From Octopus vulgaris (lineage: Eukaryota), in assembly GCA_951406725.2 (NCBI GenBank), contig OX597824.1:26102001-26166000 (forward strand): a stretch of DNA of 64,000 nucleotides, given 5' to 3'. Under the pieces are notes generated by a model that was not told the origin of the DNA, made no database searches, and was given only the letters and a program-made list of their open reading frames with translations. The stretch's first letter is position 1. Each line of letters begins with the position of its first letter. Positions 50,201 to 62,755 of the stretch are shown piece after piece. The translations under genes were made by a program, and so were the position numbers.

Positions 50201-52974
50201 CTTTGAGTACAAATACTCTTTACTCTTTTACTCTTTTACTTGTTTCAGTCATTTGACTGCGGCCATGCTGGAGCACCGCCTTTAATCGAGCAACTCGACC
50301 CCGGGACTTATTCTTTTTGTAAGCCCAGTACTTATTCTATCGGTCTCTTTTGCCGAACCGCTAAGTAACGGGGACATTAACACACCAGCATCGGTTGTCA
50401 AGCAATGCTAGGGGGATAAACACAGACACACAAACAAACACACATACATATATATATATACATATATATGACAGGCTTCTTTCAGTTTCCGTCTACCAAA
50501 TCCACTCACAAGGCATTGGTCGGCCCGGGGCTATAGCAGAAGACACTTGCCCAAGATGCCACACAGTGGGACTGAACCCGGAACCATGTGGTTGGTAGGC
50601 AAGCTACTTACCACACAGCCACTCCTGCGCCTAAGTAAATAAAACACAAAATAAATAATTTTTTTACACAAAGTAAATAATTTTTATTAAACAAAGTAAA
50701 TAAAACACAAAAACACAAAGTAAGGATCGACTAGTCATGGCTAGCTAGCGCAGATGTGCGAGTATGCGAGTGCGCGCACCGGGACCACTGTTCTTAAGTT
50801 GTACCATGGTGGTGATGATGAATCTATGTAGTTGATTAGGGTGGCGAGCTGGCAGAAACGTTAGCACGCCGGGCGAAATGCATAGCTGTATTTCGTCTGC
50901 CGTTATGTTCTGGGTTCAAATTCCGCCGAGGTCGACTTTACCTTTCATCCTTTCTTTCGAGGTCGATTAAATTAAGTACCAGTTACGTACTGGGGTCGAT
51001 GTAATCCTATATCTTTACTACCCACAAGGGGCTAAACACAGAAGGCACAAACAAGGACAGACAAACGGATTAAGTCGATTATATCGACCCCAGTGCGTAA
51101 CTGGTACTCATTTAATCGACCCCGAAAGGATGAAAGGCAAAGTTGACCTCGGCGGAATTTGAACTCAGAATGTACCGGCAGATGAAATACGGCTACGCAT
51201 TTCGCCCGTCTACCAAATCCACTCACAAGGCTTTGGTCGGCCCGAGGCTATAGTAGAAGACACTTGCCCAAGGCATCACACAGTGGGACTGAACCCGGAA
51301 CCATGTGGTTGGTAAACTAGGTACTACTTACCACACAACCACTCCTGCGCCTACTAGTGTTTTTTTTTTTTTTTGTATCCAGCAGTTTAAGGGCCGAAAC
51401 ATTTGCGTAGGGAGGAAGAGGCAGCTCGCCACCTTGTCGATGTAATCCGTTTGTCTGTCCTTGTTTGTCCCCTCTCTGTGTTTAGCCCCTTGTGGGTAGT
51501 AAAGAAATATATGTAGTTGATTAGACTGATACCTGCATTTCCTTGATTCTTTATAAATGATAACGTCTAACATATCTCTCTCTTGTATTTTCGTCTCAAC
51601 AGACAGCAAGTCCGTTTCTTTGATGATGAATTTGCTTACGCGCCATCAAGTATTAGCATGCTTAACAAAGAAGAAGACTCTGGAATTATGGTGGAAGCAT
51701 ACAGTCCTTATGGTTTCAAACTAAACAACAATATCCGCATATTTGGACCCTGCGCCCTATTTCCACGTTCTATTTTGCATTGGAATGTCAGTGTCTTTGA
51801 ATTTCTCTTTTTTTATTTATTTCATTGATATTGTTTAGCAACTGAAAAGCTCTAAATGAGCAGACTCATCTTTTATTTTTAACACTTGTTTCAGTCCTTG
51901 GACTGTGGCCATGCTGGGGCACTACCTCAAAAAGGTTTGATTGAATCAATCGACCCATCACTTATTTTTAAGTCTGGTATTTATTCTATCAGTTCTCTTT
52001 TGCTGAACTGTTAAGTGATGGGAGTGTAAACGAACCAGTACTGGTTGTCAAGTTGTAGTGGGACACATACACATCACACACACACCTTTGATCTTTTATT
52101 TCTTTCAGTCATTAATTAGACCTTCGGGGCCTCACTTTGAAGTGTTCACTCGAGCAAATTGACCCCAGGCATTTTTTTTCTGAGCCTAGTATTTTTTTCT
52201 CTTTTTGCCAAACTGCTAACTTATGACGACATAAACAAACCAACACCAGATGTCAAGCAGTCGAGGACAAACAGATATATATCATCATCATCATCATCAT
52301 TTAGCGTCCGCTTTCCATGCTAGCATGGGTTGGACGGTTCAGCTGGGGTCTGGGAAGCCAGAAGGCTGCACCAGGCCCAGTCTGATCTGGCAATGTTTCT
52401 ACGGCTGGATGCCCTTCCTAACGCCAACCACTCCATGAGTGTAGTGGGTGCTTTTTACGTGCCGCCAACACAAGTGCCAGACGAGGCTGGCAATGGCCAC
52501 AGTCGGATGGTGCTTTTTACGTGCCACCGGCACGGAGGCCAGGCGAGGCTGGCAACGGCCATGATTGGATGGTTCTCTTATGTGTCACTGGCACGGAGGC
52601 CTGTTGGGGTGGCGCTGGCAACGGCACTGGTATCACAGCTGCAATTTCCATTGATGCTGATCGATTTCGATTCTGATTCTCACTTGCCTCAACAGGTCTT
52701 CACAAGTAGAGTTTTGTGTCCCAAGAAGGAAAGGTATGCATAAGTGGACTGGCTTCATCCCAGGTAGAGGCCATGGGTTATGGTCTCACTTGTCCTGCCG
52801 GGTCTTCTCACGCACAGCATACTTCCATAGGTCTTGGTCTCTAGTCATTTCCTCGGTGAGACCTAAAGTGCGAAGGTCATGCTTCACCACCTCGTCCCAG
52901 TTTTCCTGGGTCTACCTCTTCCACAGGTTCCCTCAACTGCTAGGGTGTGGCACTTTTTCACACAACAGATATAT

Positions 52975-53009
<35 letters not shown>

Positions 53010-53896
53010 TAAATAATTGATACAGAAGACAGAGTATGCAGGAAACTTTATTTATCACAATGATTGTTTCAGCATAATGCTGCACTGCTCCCTACTGAGG
53101 GGAGAACGATATAATGAATTCCAATGTACCCCACAGGTGACATAACAGGATTCCAAGTTAGATAAATGACATTTTGCAAATTGTCACTTATCTGCCAATT
53201 GGTGGCGTCTTATACGTTAATGTGCTTTGATTCTTAATGAATCTGTTGAACTGTAACACACAGCTATATATATATCATCATCATCATCATCATCGTTTAG
53301 CGTCCGCTTTCCATGCTAGCATGGGCTGGACGGTTCAACTGGGGTCTGGGAAGCCAGAAGGCTGCACCAGGCCCAGTCTGATCTGGCAATGTTTCTACGG
53401 CTGGATGCCCTTCCTAACGCCAACCACTCCGTGAGTGTAGTAGGTGCTTTTTACATGCCAGACGAGGCTGGCAAACGGCCACGATCGGATGGTGCTTTTT
53501 ATGTGCCACTGGCATAGGGCCAGGCGAAGCTGGAAACGGCCACGATCGGATGGTGCTTTTTACGTGCCACTGGCACGAGGCCAGTCGGGGTGGTGCTGGC
53601 AATGGCCACGTTCGGATGGTTCAATTACCTACGACCGGCACTGGTATCACAGCTGCAACTTCCATTGATGTTGATCAATTTCGATTTATTTATATATATA
53701 TATCATCATCATCATCATCATCATCATCATTTAGCGTCTGTTCTCCATGCTAGCATGGGTTGGACGGTTCAACTGGGGTCTGTGAAGCTGGAAGGCTTCA
53801 TCAGGCCCAGTCAGATCTGGCAGTGTTTCTATGGCTGGATGCCCTTCCTAACACCAACCACTCCGTGAGTGTAGTGGGTGCTTTTTACGTGCCACC

Positions 53897-53935
<39 letters not shown>

Positions 53936-54556
53936 GAGGAGATGCTGAAAAGTTCCTGGCTTTTGATAAAAAAAAATACAAGAGGATCAGTTAATTATGA
54001 TTTTATTTAATATATTCTCTTCTCAGATTCACATGCTTATTGCAGCAGACCATCAGTTTTTCTAAGCCCTGTAAAAGAACTCAGAAGGTCGGGCCTCCAA
54101 CCTGGCCTTTCATGATACCCTTATAGCCAGGAACTTTTCAGAACCTCTTTGTATATATACAAAGAGGTTCTTTTACTCTTTTACTTGTTTCAGTCATTTG
54201 ACTGTGGCCATGCTGGAGCACCGCCTTTAGTCGAGCAACTCGACCCCGGGACTTATTCTTTGTAAGCCCAGTACTTATTCTATCGGTCTCTTTTTGCTGA
54301 ACCGCTAAGTGACGGGGACGTAAACACACCAGCATCGGTTGTCAAGCAATGCTAGGAGAACAAACACAGACACACAAACATACACGCACATATATATACA
54401 TATATACGACGGGCTTCTTTCAGTTTCCGTCTACCAAATCCACTCACAAGGTTTTGATCGGCCCCGAGGCTATAGTAAAAGACACTTGCCCAAGGTGCCA
54501 CGCAGTGGGACTGAACCCGGAACCATGTGGTTGGTAAGCAAGCTACTTACCACACA

Positions 54557-54650
<94 letters not shown>

Positions 54651-54690
54651 TGTGTGGTAAGTAGCTTGCTTACCAACCACATGGTTCTGG

Positions 54691-54722
<32 letters not shown>

Positions 54723-57700
54723 TGCAAACACACACACACACACACACACACATACATATATGTAAAACAGTAAGTGTCCTTTATTTTTTTATCTCCTGTG
54801 AAAACATGTCAAGCTATAGGAAAATGTTTCCTTGCTTGGATACAAGTGAGGTCTAGTAGCAGGATCCTTGCTTGGATACAAGTGAGGTCTGGCTATAGGA
54901 AATCTGCCTTAATGAATTCTGTATGCCCCATGCAAGCATGGAAAAATGTATGTTAAAATGATAACATATTATTCATGAGAAGCTAACTTCCTTTTTTGCA
55001 TTTGTTATTCTGCAGGTGCAAGGTCCTGAAGATATCAGTGAAGATTCTTTATCGTTGTTCTGTCTTCTGGCACCTAAACCAGGTAAGAGTTTACACAAAA
55101 TAGCCTTTTTTGGTACATCACTGAAGAATTGAGTTTCGTGTAAATGATTCAAGAGAGCGAATATATTGGTGTGGTTTCGTCATTGTGATTTTTAAGGCTT
55201 TCAAGAAAGATTTGAAATCAGCATCATCATCATTTAACGCCCATTTTCCATGCTGGCATGGATTGGATGGTTTGACAGAGGTTGGATAGGCAGAAGACTG
55301 CACCAGGCTTCACTGTCTGTTGGCAGGGTTTTTACGGTTGGATGCCCTTCCTAACACCAACTACTTTACAGAGCAAACAGTCCTTTTCACGTGGCATCAG
55401 CACCAGCGTGGCACCTAGCACTGGCATGGCACCAGTACTGATGTGGCACCAGCATTGACGTGGCACCAGCACTGATGTGGCACCAGCTCTAATGTGGCAC
55501 CAGCACCAGTGGTGGAATAGCACAAGCACTGGCATGGCTCCAGTACTGGCATGGCACCAACACTGGCATGGCACCAGCACTGGTATAGCACCAGCACTGG
55601 CATGGCACCAGCACTGGTGTGACGGCATGGCACCAGGAAGGAGCTGGCAGAGGGGTTAGCACACTGGGCGAAATGCTTGGTGGTATTTCGTCTGCTGTTA
55701 CGTTCTGAGTTCAGATTCTGCCGAGGTTGACTTTGCCTTTCATCCTTTCGGGGTTGATAAATTAAGTACCAGTTATGCACTGGGGTCGATGTAATCGGCT
55801 TAATCCTTTTGTTTGTCCCTCTCTATGTTTAGCTCCTTGTGGGCAATAAAGAATTAAGGTGTGTAAGGGTGAATTTAGTCAGTTTGAATATAAAACATGT
55901 AGAATATTTGGGCCTGATATGGCCAGTTTTAATGTTAAAAGGGTTAAAAGACAGATTTAGCAGGTGTTTCTAGCAGTCAAATAATCATGTTGATGGTTCT
56001 ACAGGCCGATGTTAGCGGGTGGGAAAGAGCTTGGATAGGGAAGGTTTTCCAAAAGGTTGTGGCTGTATATTAATGTTTCATGCAATGGATATATATTTCA
56101 GTGTTTGATTAAATGGTTAGTATGCACTGAAATGTGGAGGCGCAATGGCCCAGTGGTTAGGGCAGCAGACTTGCGGTTGGACGATCACGGTTTCGATTCC
56201 CAGACCGGGCGTTGTGTGTGTTTATTGAGCGAAAACACCTAAAAGCTCCACGAGGCTCCGGGAGGGGGTGGTGGTGACCCCCTGTTGTACTCTTTCACCA
56301 CAACTTTCTCTTACTCTCACTTCCTGTTTCTTGAGTAAGGCTGTGATGGACTGGCATCCGTCCTGCTGGGGGGAACACATAAGCCACAGAAACCGGAAAA
56401 CTAGGCCCATGAACCTGGCTATGCTTGAAAAGGGTGAAGAAGAGAAGAGATGCACTAAAATAGGTGTTTTTTTTGTTAAACTTTTCAGATATTCTTCTTC
56501 TTGGTGTTGGAAATGACACATCAAAATTTGACAAAAGGTTGATTCGTTACCTGCGTTCAAAAAACATAAGTTTTGAAATTCTCACAACGGTAAGTAGTAA
56601 CAGAATATAATTATTCTTTTATTCTTTTATTTGTTTCAGTCATTTGACTGTGGCCATGCTGGAGCACCGCCTTTAGTCGAGCAAATTGACCCCAGGACTT
56701 ATTCTTTGTTAGCCTAGTACTTATTTTTATTGGTCTTTTTTGCTGAACCGCTAAGTTACAGAGACATAGACACGTGAACATCAATTGTCAAGCGATGGTG
56801 GTGGTGGGGCAGTCACAGACACACGAACATATTTACATATGCATATATATACACAAACATATATACATATACATGCATTTTCTATTCAGCCATAGAAAAA
56901 CCCACCTCAACAATATTCTGTCCAACCCATGCCAGCTTGGAAAAGTGGACGTTAAAACGTCGCTGGCTGCCGCCGCCGACGGTCTCTTCTTCCGTATTCA
57001 TTACTATGCAGTGGCTGTTACAGTTCATTGTGTTGTACTCCCAAAGGAAGGTACATTACTCTTCTTGTTTCAACATATCCAGTGTTAAAAACAGTTGTCC
57101 CCTCTTTATAGCTGTAGTTTGGTTAAGCAGTTAAAAAATAGCATCTTATTAGATGAAGGCCATAGTTAACATGAATAATCTCTATTGTAAATATATCAGA
57201 AATACACAGTTCAACTTGGAAAGCTTTTACTTGTTTCAGTCACTGGACTGCAGCTATATTAGGGGCTCCACAGTGAATGGTATAGTCAAACAAATCGTCC
57301 CCAGTACTTATTCCTTTAAAGTCTAGTACTTATTGTTTTTGTCTCTTTTGCTGAACTACTAAGTTACAAGAACATAAACACTGGTTGTCAAGCAGTGTTG
57401 GAAGACAATCACAGACACAAAGACATCTGCACATCAAGATATATATATATATATATATATATATACCGTAAATCCTCGAGTATAATCTGCATTTTCCCCC
57501 CAAAATTTAAAGGTCAAAATCCCTAGTGCGTACTATATACGAGGTTAAAAATGAAAATTATTTTCTAAGCAATGTCCGAATCTCTATTTGTTGTCCGTCA
57601 ATGTTTATTCAGATGCATTTTGTGATGTTGGGCGCAAAAATACCTTAAGCTAAGCCTGAAAGCAATGAAGTCATAAAAGAATCATCCATAACTTGCAGTA

Positions 57701-57975
57701 AGCAACATTTATTAAACGTTATTACTGTTATTTCTTTATTTTCTGCAAACAAAATGCACAAAAAAGCTACATGTTTGCATTACATTATATATACAATAAT
57801 AATAAAGGATGTTACCGTATACAGTTTCACAAACCAAGGATGTTATATAGACCTCCTTGGCTGAAGTTAGAGAAGGGGTGTGTATTATACACAAGGTTTA
57901 GGTTTTTCAGAGTTACAGCCCCCTAAAAATTCCCTTCGTATTATACTCAAGGGCGGACTATACTTGAGGATTTAT

Positions 57976-58010
<35 letters not shown>

Positions 58011-60324
58011 TGGTGCCACATTAAAAGCGTCCAGCACACACTGTAAAGTGGTTACCATTAGGAAGAGCATTCAGCTATAGAAACCAAGCCAAATCAAACT
58101 GGAATCTGGTGCAGTTTTCTGGCTTGCCAGCTTTGGTCAAACCACCCAACCCATGTTAGTTTGGAAAACGGACATTAAAGGGTGAAGATAATGTATGTAT
58201 GTATATATATAAATAGGGAGAATTCAACAAAAAAACAAAAGATGAAGACAGGTGGTATAGACAACAAACAGATGTATAATGGTCAGGAAATGAAAAAGTC
58301 TTTAACGTTTCGAACCTATGCTCTTCCACAGAAAGGAACACAGAAAGAAACAAGGGAGAAAATGAAGAATGTGTAGTGGCTAGCAATCTATCGTGGCGAA
58401 TGCCGGACAGACCTATATATTAGTCCAAGTAATAAATAATTTGCGTTTTTTGGAAGTAAATTGTAGGGATGCATTTTGAACTTCACAGGTTTAGAATTGA
58501 AATGGAAACTACAGTATTTAAAAAAAAAACAACCTCATCTGTCATTCACACTTAAGTAGTGAAAGTGTGCATGTCTTAGTTTAATATTAAATTTCATTCC
58601 CCTAAAATGGATGAATTGAAAGTGCATCTCTGACATGTGATGTTGTGGGAGTTTAAGAATGGAAAAAATCATCACAGAAACAGCTAAGAAAATATGCAAT
58701 GTTTATGGCCAAGGTATCATTACTGAGTGACAAGTATGAAATTGAATTTCAAAGTTTCATTCCAGAGATCTGTCATTGAGAGATCAACTTAGACCAGGAC
58801 ACTCATCACACTTTGATCAAGATGCTTTAAGAGCAATCCTCATGAAAGTATTTGGGAATTAGCAACTGACCTCAACACCTCCCAATCCACTATTTGCCAC
58901 CACTTGGAAAACATAAGAAAAGTCAACAAGCTGGGTGTTTGGCTTCTACATACTCTTAGTGAGAAGACATGGGAAGATTGCATGTCCATAGTGACAAGTT
59001 TTCTTTCAAGGCAGAGAAATGACCTGTGGCCATTGCCAACCTCGCCTGGCTCCCGTGCTGGTGGCACGTAAAAAGTGCCATCTGATCGTAGCCGTTGCCA
59101 CCCTCAGCTGGCCCCCGTGCCGGTGGCACGTAAAAAGCACCCACTACACTCATGGAGTGGTTGGCGTTAGGAAGGGCATCCAGCCGTAGAAACATTGCCA
59201 GATCAGACTGGGCCTGGTGCAGCCTTCTGGCTTCCCAGACCCCAGTTGAACCGTCCAACCCATGCTAGCATGGAAAGCGGACGCTAAATGATGATGATCA
59301 TCATCATTACAGTGATGGAAAGTGGGTCGTTTATGACGTTAAATCTCCACAACCTACCTTAAAAGCTGAGCTCCATGGAAGGAAGGTTATGTTGTATGTA
59401 TGATAAGATTAGCATGGTATTCATTTTGAGTTTTTAAACTGCAATCAAACACTAAATACTGACTTATACTCTCAACAACTGCAATGTGTGCATGAAAATC
59501 TTTTGAGAAAATGCCCTGCACTCATCAATAGGAGAAACATTGTGCCTCTCCATGATAATGCCAGACTACATTCAGCAAGAATCATGCAGGATAAAATATT
59601 GGATTTGGGCTGGTTTGTTCTACCCCATGCACCATATTCACCAGACCTTGCACCAACTGATTTTCATTTTTTTTTTTTGCTCTCTACAAAATGTTCTGCT
59701 GAGGAACGCTGGTATGCATGGGCAACTGCTGGCCTTCCATAATCAACCTTGCCTGGACTTGTACCTTGGAGAGTAACTTTCTAGGTGCAATCCCATGGTC
59801 ATTCATGACTGAAGGGGGTCTACCAATATTATTATTATTATTCCTTCCCTCATAAGATTATCTCAAAAAATGTTTTAATCTTAAATGAATTGACTGTTCC
59901 CAGTATTATCACAATTTCTCTTGAATTAAGTGATAACATCTTATATCTTTGTTACTTTCAGGACCATGCTTGTTCCACATTTAACTTTCTCAATGCTGAA
60001 CGTCGGTTTGTGGCTGCAGGATTGATACCACCAAATTTCGAATCTGATGAGAGCCAAGGTGTTGCTGTAAAGATTGGAGGGTTAAGCAACAGTGCATTCA
60101 TGTTTCAAACTGGAATTTTTGAAGCTCCAAAAGAACCTGAAAAAGTAAAAAATATTACAAAAGAACTGCTTGGAGAAGATAACGAAAAATTGTGGGATGT
60201 GTTTCAAAAGAAATACTTAAAAAGGCATGATAGTATTAAAGAGGAAAGTGAGAAACATGACGAGAAAGAATATCTAAAAAAGGACCCTTTAAATCAAGAT
60301 AAAACTGAGGATGAGAAAAAGTGA
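46426..60324 (+). CDS. NDUFAF3: NADH dehydrogenase (ubiquinone) 1 alpha subcomplex assembly factor 3; 5 coding exons (46426-46481, 51603-51786, 55016-55082, 56489-56589, 59962-60324), 771 nt, 256 aa
   Basis: Hand-spliced exons have GT/AG boundaries and compatible phases (2,0,1,0). Translation: MYRHYLATPLRRAFNVAFR-QQVRFF...VEAYSPYGFKLNNNIRIFGPCALFPRSILHWN-VQGPEDISEDSLSLFCLLAPKP-DILLLGVG...ISFEILTT-DHACSTFNFLNAERRFVAAGLIPP. This matches NDUFAF3/Mth938 motifs (GPCALxP, WNV, ACxTFNFL, AxLIPP). Confidence 0.93.
51603..51786 (+). CDS. NDUFAF3: NDUFAF3 coding exon 2
   Basis: Acceptor ttttcgtctcaacag and donor AAT|GTCAGT. Encodes ...AYSPYGFKLNNNIRIFGPCALFPRSILHWN. Confidence 0.93.
52280..52965 (-). 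mobile_element. RTE (BovB-like) LINE 3' end with 3' UTR; tail-only copies at about 53275, 53703, 55222, 59024(+), 60476 and 60870(+)
   Basis: WDEVVKHDLRTLGLTEEMTRDQDLWKYAV, then GGTTGGCGTTAGGAAGGGCATCCAGCCGTAG...CATGCTAGCATGG...(ATG)n. Confidence 0.88.
53935..54152. mobile_element. Mariner-type MITE
   Basis: Terminal inverted repeats (C)GAGGAGATGCTGAAAAGTTCCTGGC and GCCAGGAACTTTTCAGAACCTC. Confidence 0.75.
55016..55082 (+). CDS. NDUFAF3: NDUFAF3 coding exon 3
   Basis: Acceptor ttattctgcag and donor CAG|GTAAGA. Encodes VQGPEDISEDSLSLFCLLAPKP. Not in the ORF track. Confidence 0.93.
56489..56589 (+). CDS. NDUFAF3: NDUFAF3 coding exon 4
   Basis: Acceptor cttttcag and donor ACG|GTAAGT. Encodes (D)ILLLGVGNDTSKFDKRLIRYLRSKNISFEILTT. 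Not in the ORF track. Confidence 0.93.
57466..57977. mobile_element. pogo/Tigger-like MITE inserted in (TA)n
   Basis: TIRs CCGTAAATCCTCGAGTATA and TATACTTGAGGATTTATGG with TA flanks. Confidence 0.8.
58417..59695 (+). mobile_element. Degenerate mariner transposase in NDUFAF3 intron 4, split by an RTE tail (59024-59307)
   Basis: MDELKVHL*HVMLWEFK, KLGVWLLHTL, TVMESG (a degenerate TGDEKW region), HDNARLH and HAPYSPDLAPTDFH. Confidence 0.88.
59962..60324 (+). CDS. NDUFAF3: NDUFAF3 terminal coding exon
   Basis: Acceptor gttactttcag. Encodes DHACSTFNFLNAERRFVAAGLIPP followed by a 96-aa tail. TGA ends at 60324. Confidence 0.92.
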   Translation, partial: DHACSTFNFLNAERRFVAAGLIPPNFESDESQGVAVKIGGLSNSAFMFQTGIFEAPKEPEKVKNITKELLGEDNEKLWDVFQKKYLKRHDSIKEESEKHDEKEYLKKDPLNQDKTEDEKK

Positions 60325-61189
60325 TTAAATTATTTGGTTTTAAAAGTTTAGGGAAACAAAAAAAGGCCTTTAGAGTTTTCTTTCTCTCTAAATACACATA
60401 TACATAACATTATCATTGATGTCATTTTCATCACCACCATCATCATTATTTTCATTGTAAAAGACACCCATGCCATCATCATCATCATCGTTTAACGTCC
60501 GTTTTCCATGCTAGCATGGGTTGGACGGTTCAACTGGGGTCTGGGAAGCCAGAAGGCTGCGCCAAGCCCAGTCTGATCTGGCAGTGTTTCTACGGCTGGA
60601 TGCCCTTCCTAACACCAACCACTCCGTGAGTGTAGTGGGTGCTTTTTACGTGCCACTGGCACAGGTGCCAGACGAGGCTGGCAAACGGCCACGATCGGAT
60701 GGTGCTTTTTACATGCCTCCATCATTGATGTCATTTTCATCACCACCATCATCATTATTTTCATTGTAAAAGACACCCGTGCCAGCACCACGTAAATAGC
60801 ATTCATGTCAGTGCCAAGTACGAGTGTATCTGCGCTGGTGCCATGTAAAAAGCATCCATTATACTCTATAAAGTGGTAGGCATTAGGAAGGGCATCCAGC
60901 TGTAGACACCATGCCAAAACAGACAACTGGAGCCTCGTGCAGTCATCTGGCTTGCCAGCTGCTGTTTAACTGTTCAACTGATATCAACATGGAAAATAGA
61001 TATTAAAGGATGATGATGATGATGTTTATCAATTTTGTTGTCATCATCATTTTCATCACTGTTGTCACCATCGTAATCAATCATTTTCATCCATCTGCTT
61101 CATCCTGTTAGCATGGCTTGGACAAGTTCTTAGTATGCTTTGCCATGTGGTTTGTTTTGACGTCTGGCACACAATTACAGACCCAGTTA

Positions 61190-61540
61190 TAATAATAATA
61201 ATGAAATTATTGTATACAGTGCTCAGGTGCACCACAGCTTGTCAGAAAGTGCATATAAAGTATATGCAGTAATGTACAAATGTCTGGAAAGCGAACAATG
61301 TATGAGTCAGATACATGCTTGCGTGTGTATGGAGGGGAGAAAATCAGGTGTAGTGTTGGCGAATCTCAGAATGCATTGAAGTTTTGAAGGATGCAGTGCT
61401 CCGACAACTAACAACTGATGCCGGCAATTTGTTCCATGTTTCAGCAACTCTCAGCGTGAAAAAATGTTTCCTAAAGTCATGGGAGCTGTGCTGTTTTCTG
61501 ACTTTGCAAATATGTCCACGGGTGTTAGACGGGTGGAGTA
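61190..61540 (-). mobile_element. CR1-type LINE 3' end
   Basis: TRGHICKVRK...RKHFFTLRVAETWNKLP...SFK with an (ATT)n tail. Confidence 0.85.
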
Positions 61541-62204
61541 CAGTTGATCACATCAACCCCAGTCTTTATCTGTAGCAGGACTAGAGAGCATCCTACCCTG
61601 CAGAAGGTCTGTTTTCTAACTGTTGCCCTGGAATGGATGTCAAATGAAACTAGAGCAGCTACAAAAGGCATGAAGTTATATTAGGGAGTCATTCCGTAAA
61701 GGCTTCACCGAGTCAAAATAGCTGGAAGACGAAACAGGAGTCAAGGTGAAATCACCTAAGAAAGCTATCATGGTCAACTTGACCTTTTTGTCTACTGTAG
61801 ATCATATGAAATATAGTTTCAGGTGTAAATGAGCTGATTAATGTAATCAAGACTGTGCCAAAGCAAAAGGTTTAAAAAAAAAAAAAAAAGACAGGAAATT
61901 TAGCATTTATTTATGGTGACCAGAAATGAGATTTATAAATGCAAGGGAGACTACCCACCACAACGTCGAATCTTAGTGCCGTCGCTATGTCCCTGAGACC
62001 TTGCACATAGACACACATCAATGTATAGGAATGTCGACGAGCCGTTTATAAGGCTGAGCGCTTTATGGATGCAAAACCATTGGTCGTCCTATCCTACCAG
62101 CCATAACGTTTAACTTCCTGTAAACACATTATTGTTTTAACGTTCAGTGTGCTTCTTTTTCAGATGTATGATCCCCTAGAAATGGTAAATTACAGGACTC
62201 AGTA

Positions 62205-62755
62205 TTTATTTATTTTTTATTTTTATTTTTATCTAGTTTCAGCTCACGAGCTGTGGCCATGCTGGGGCACCGCTATTTGGGGTTGCTACATGATTTTACT
62301 TCACGAATGCTTTTTAGCAATTGCCATTTGCCGCATGAGAGAGTTCGATGCAGCTGCCCTCATCTGCACCTCCTGCCGTGAAGTTGGTTCATCTGGGACA
62401 CCCGACAAGAAGAGATCCAGTTTTATTTTAAAGACATCTGCATCCACCCCATGCAGGTCTCTCAGGTTCTTCGGGAGGATATTGAAGAGCTGTGGGCCTC
62501 TGAAGCCCAGGCTATCACAGTCCTACATCTTGATGGCAAATTTGGAGTCCTTGGCACTATGCAGTGACGCCCAGTTCTGGCATTTGTGTAACTCTCGATG
62601 CCAAAGTTTGGGACAAGTCCTTCTAGGATCTTCCAGATGTATATTATGGCATATCTTTCTCGCCTACGCTCTAAAGAATAGAGTCTTAATCTCTTGAGTC
62701 TTTCCCAGTAGCTTATATGCTGCACAGAGGCTATCTTCTTGTAGCTTCGTTGGAT
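62205..62755 (-). mobile_element. CR1/L2-group LINE 3' end; tail-only copy at about 44627-44670
   Basis: SYWERLKRLRLYSLERRRERYAIIYIWKILEGLVPN. The tail is GCGGTGCCCCAGCATGGCCACAGCTCGTGAGCTGAAACTAGA(TAAAA)n. Confidence 0.85.
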
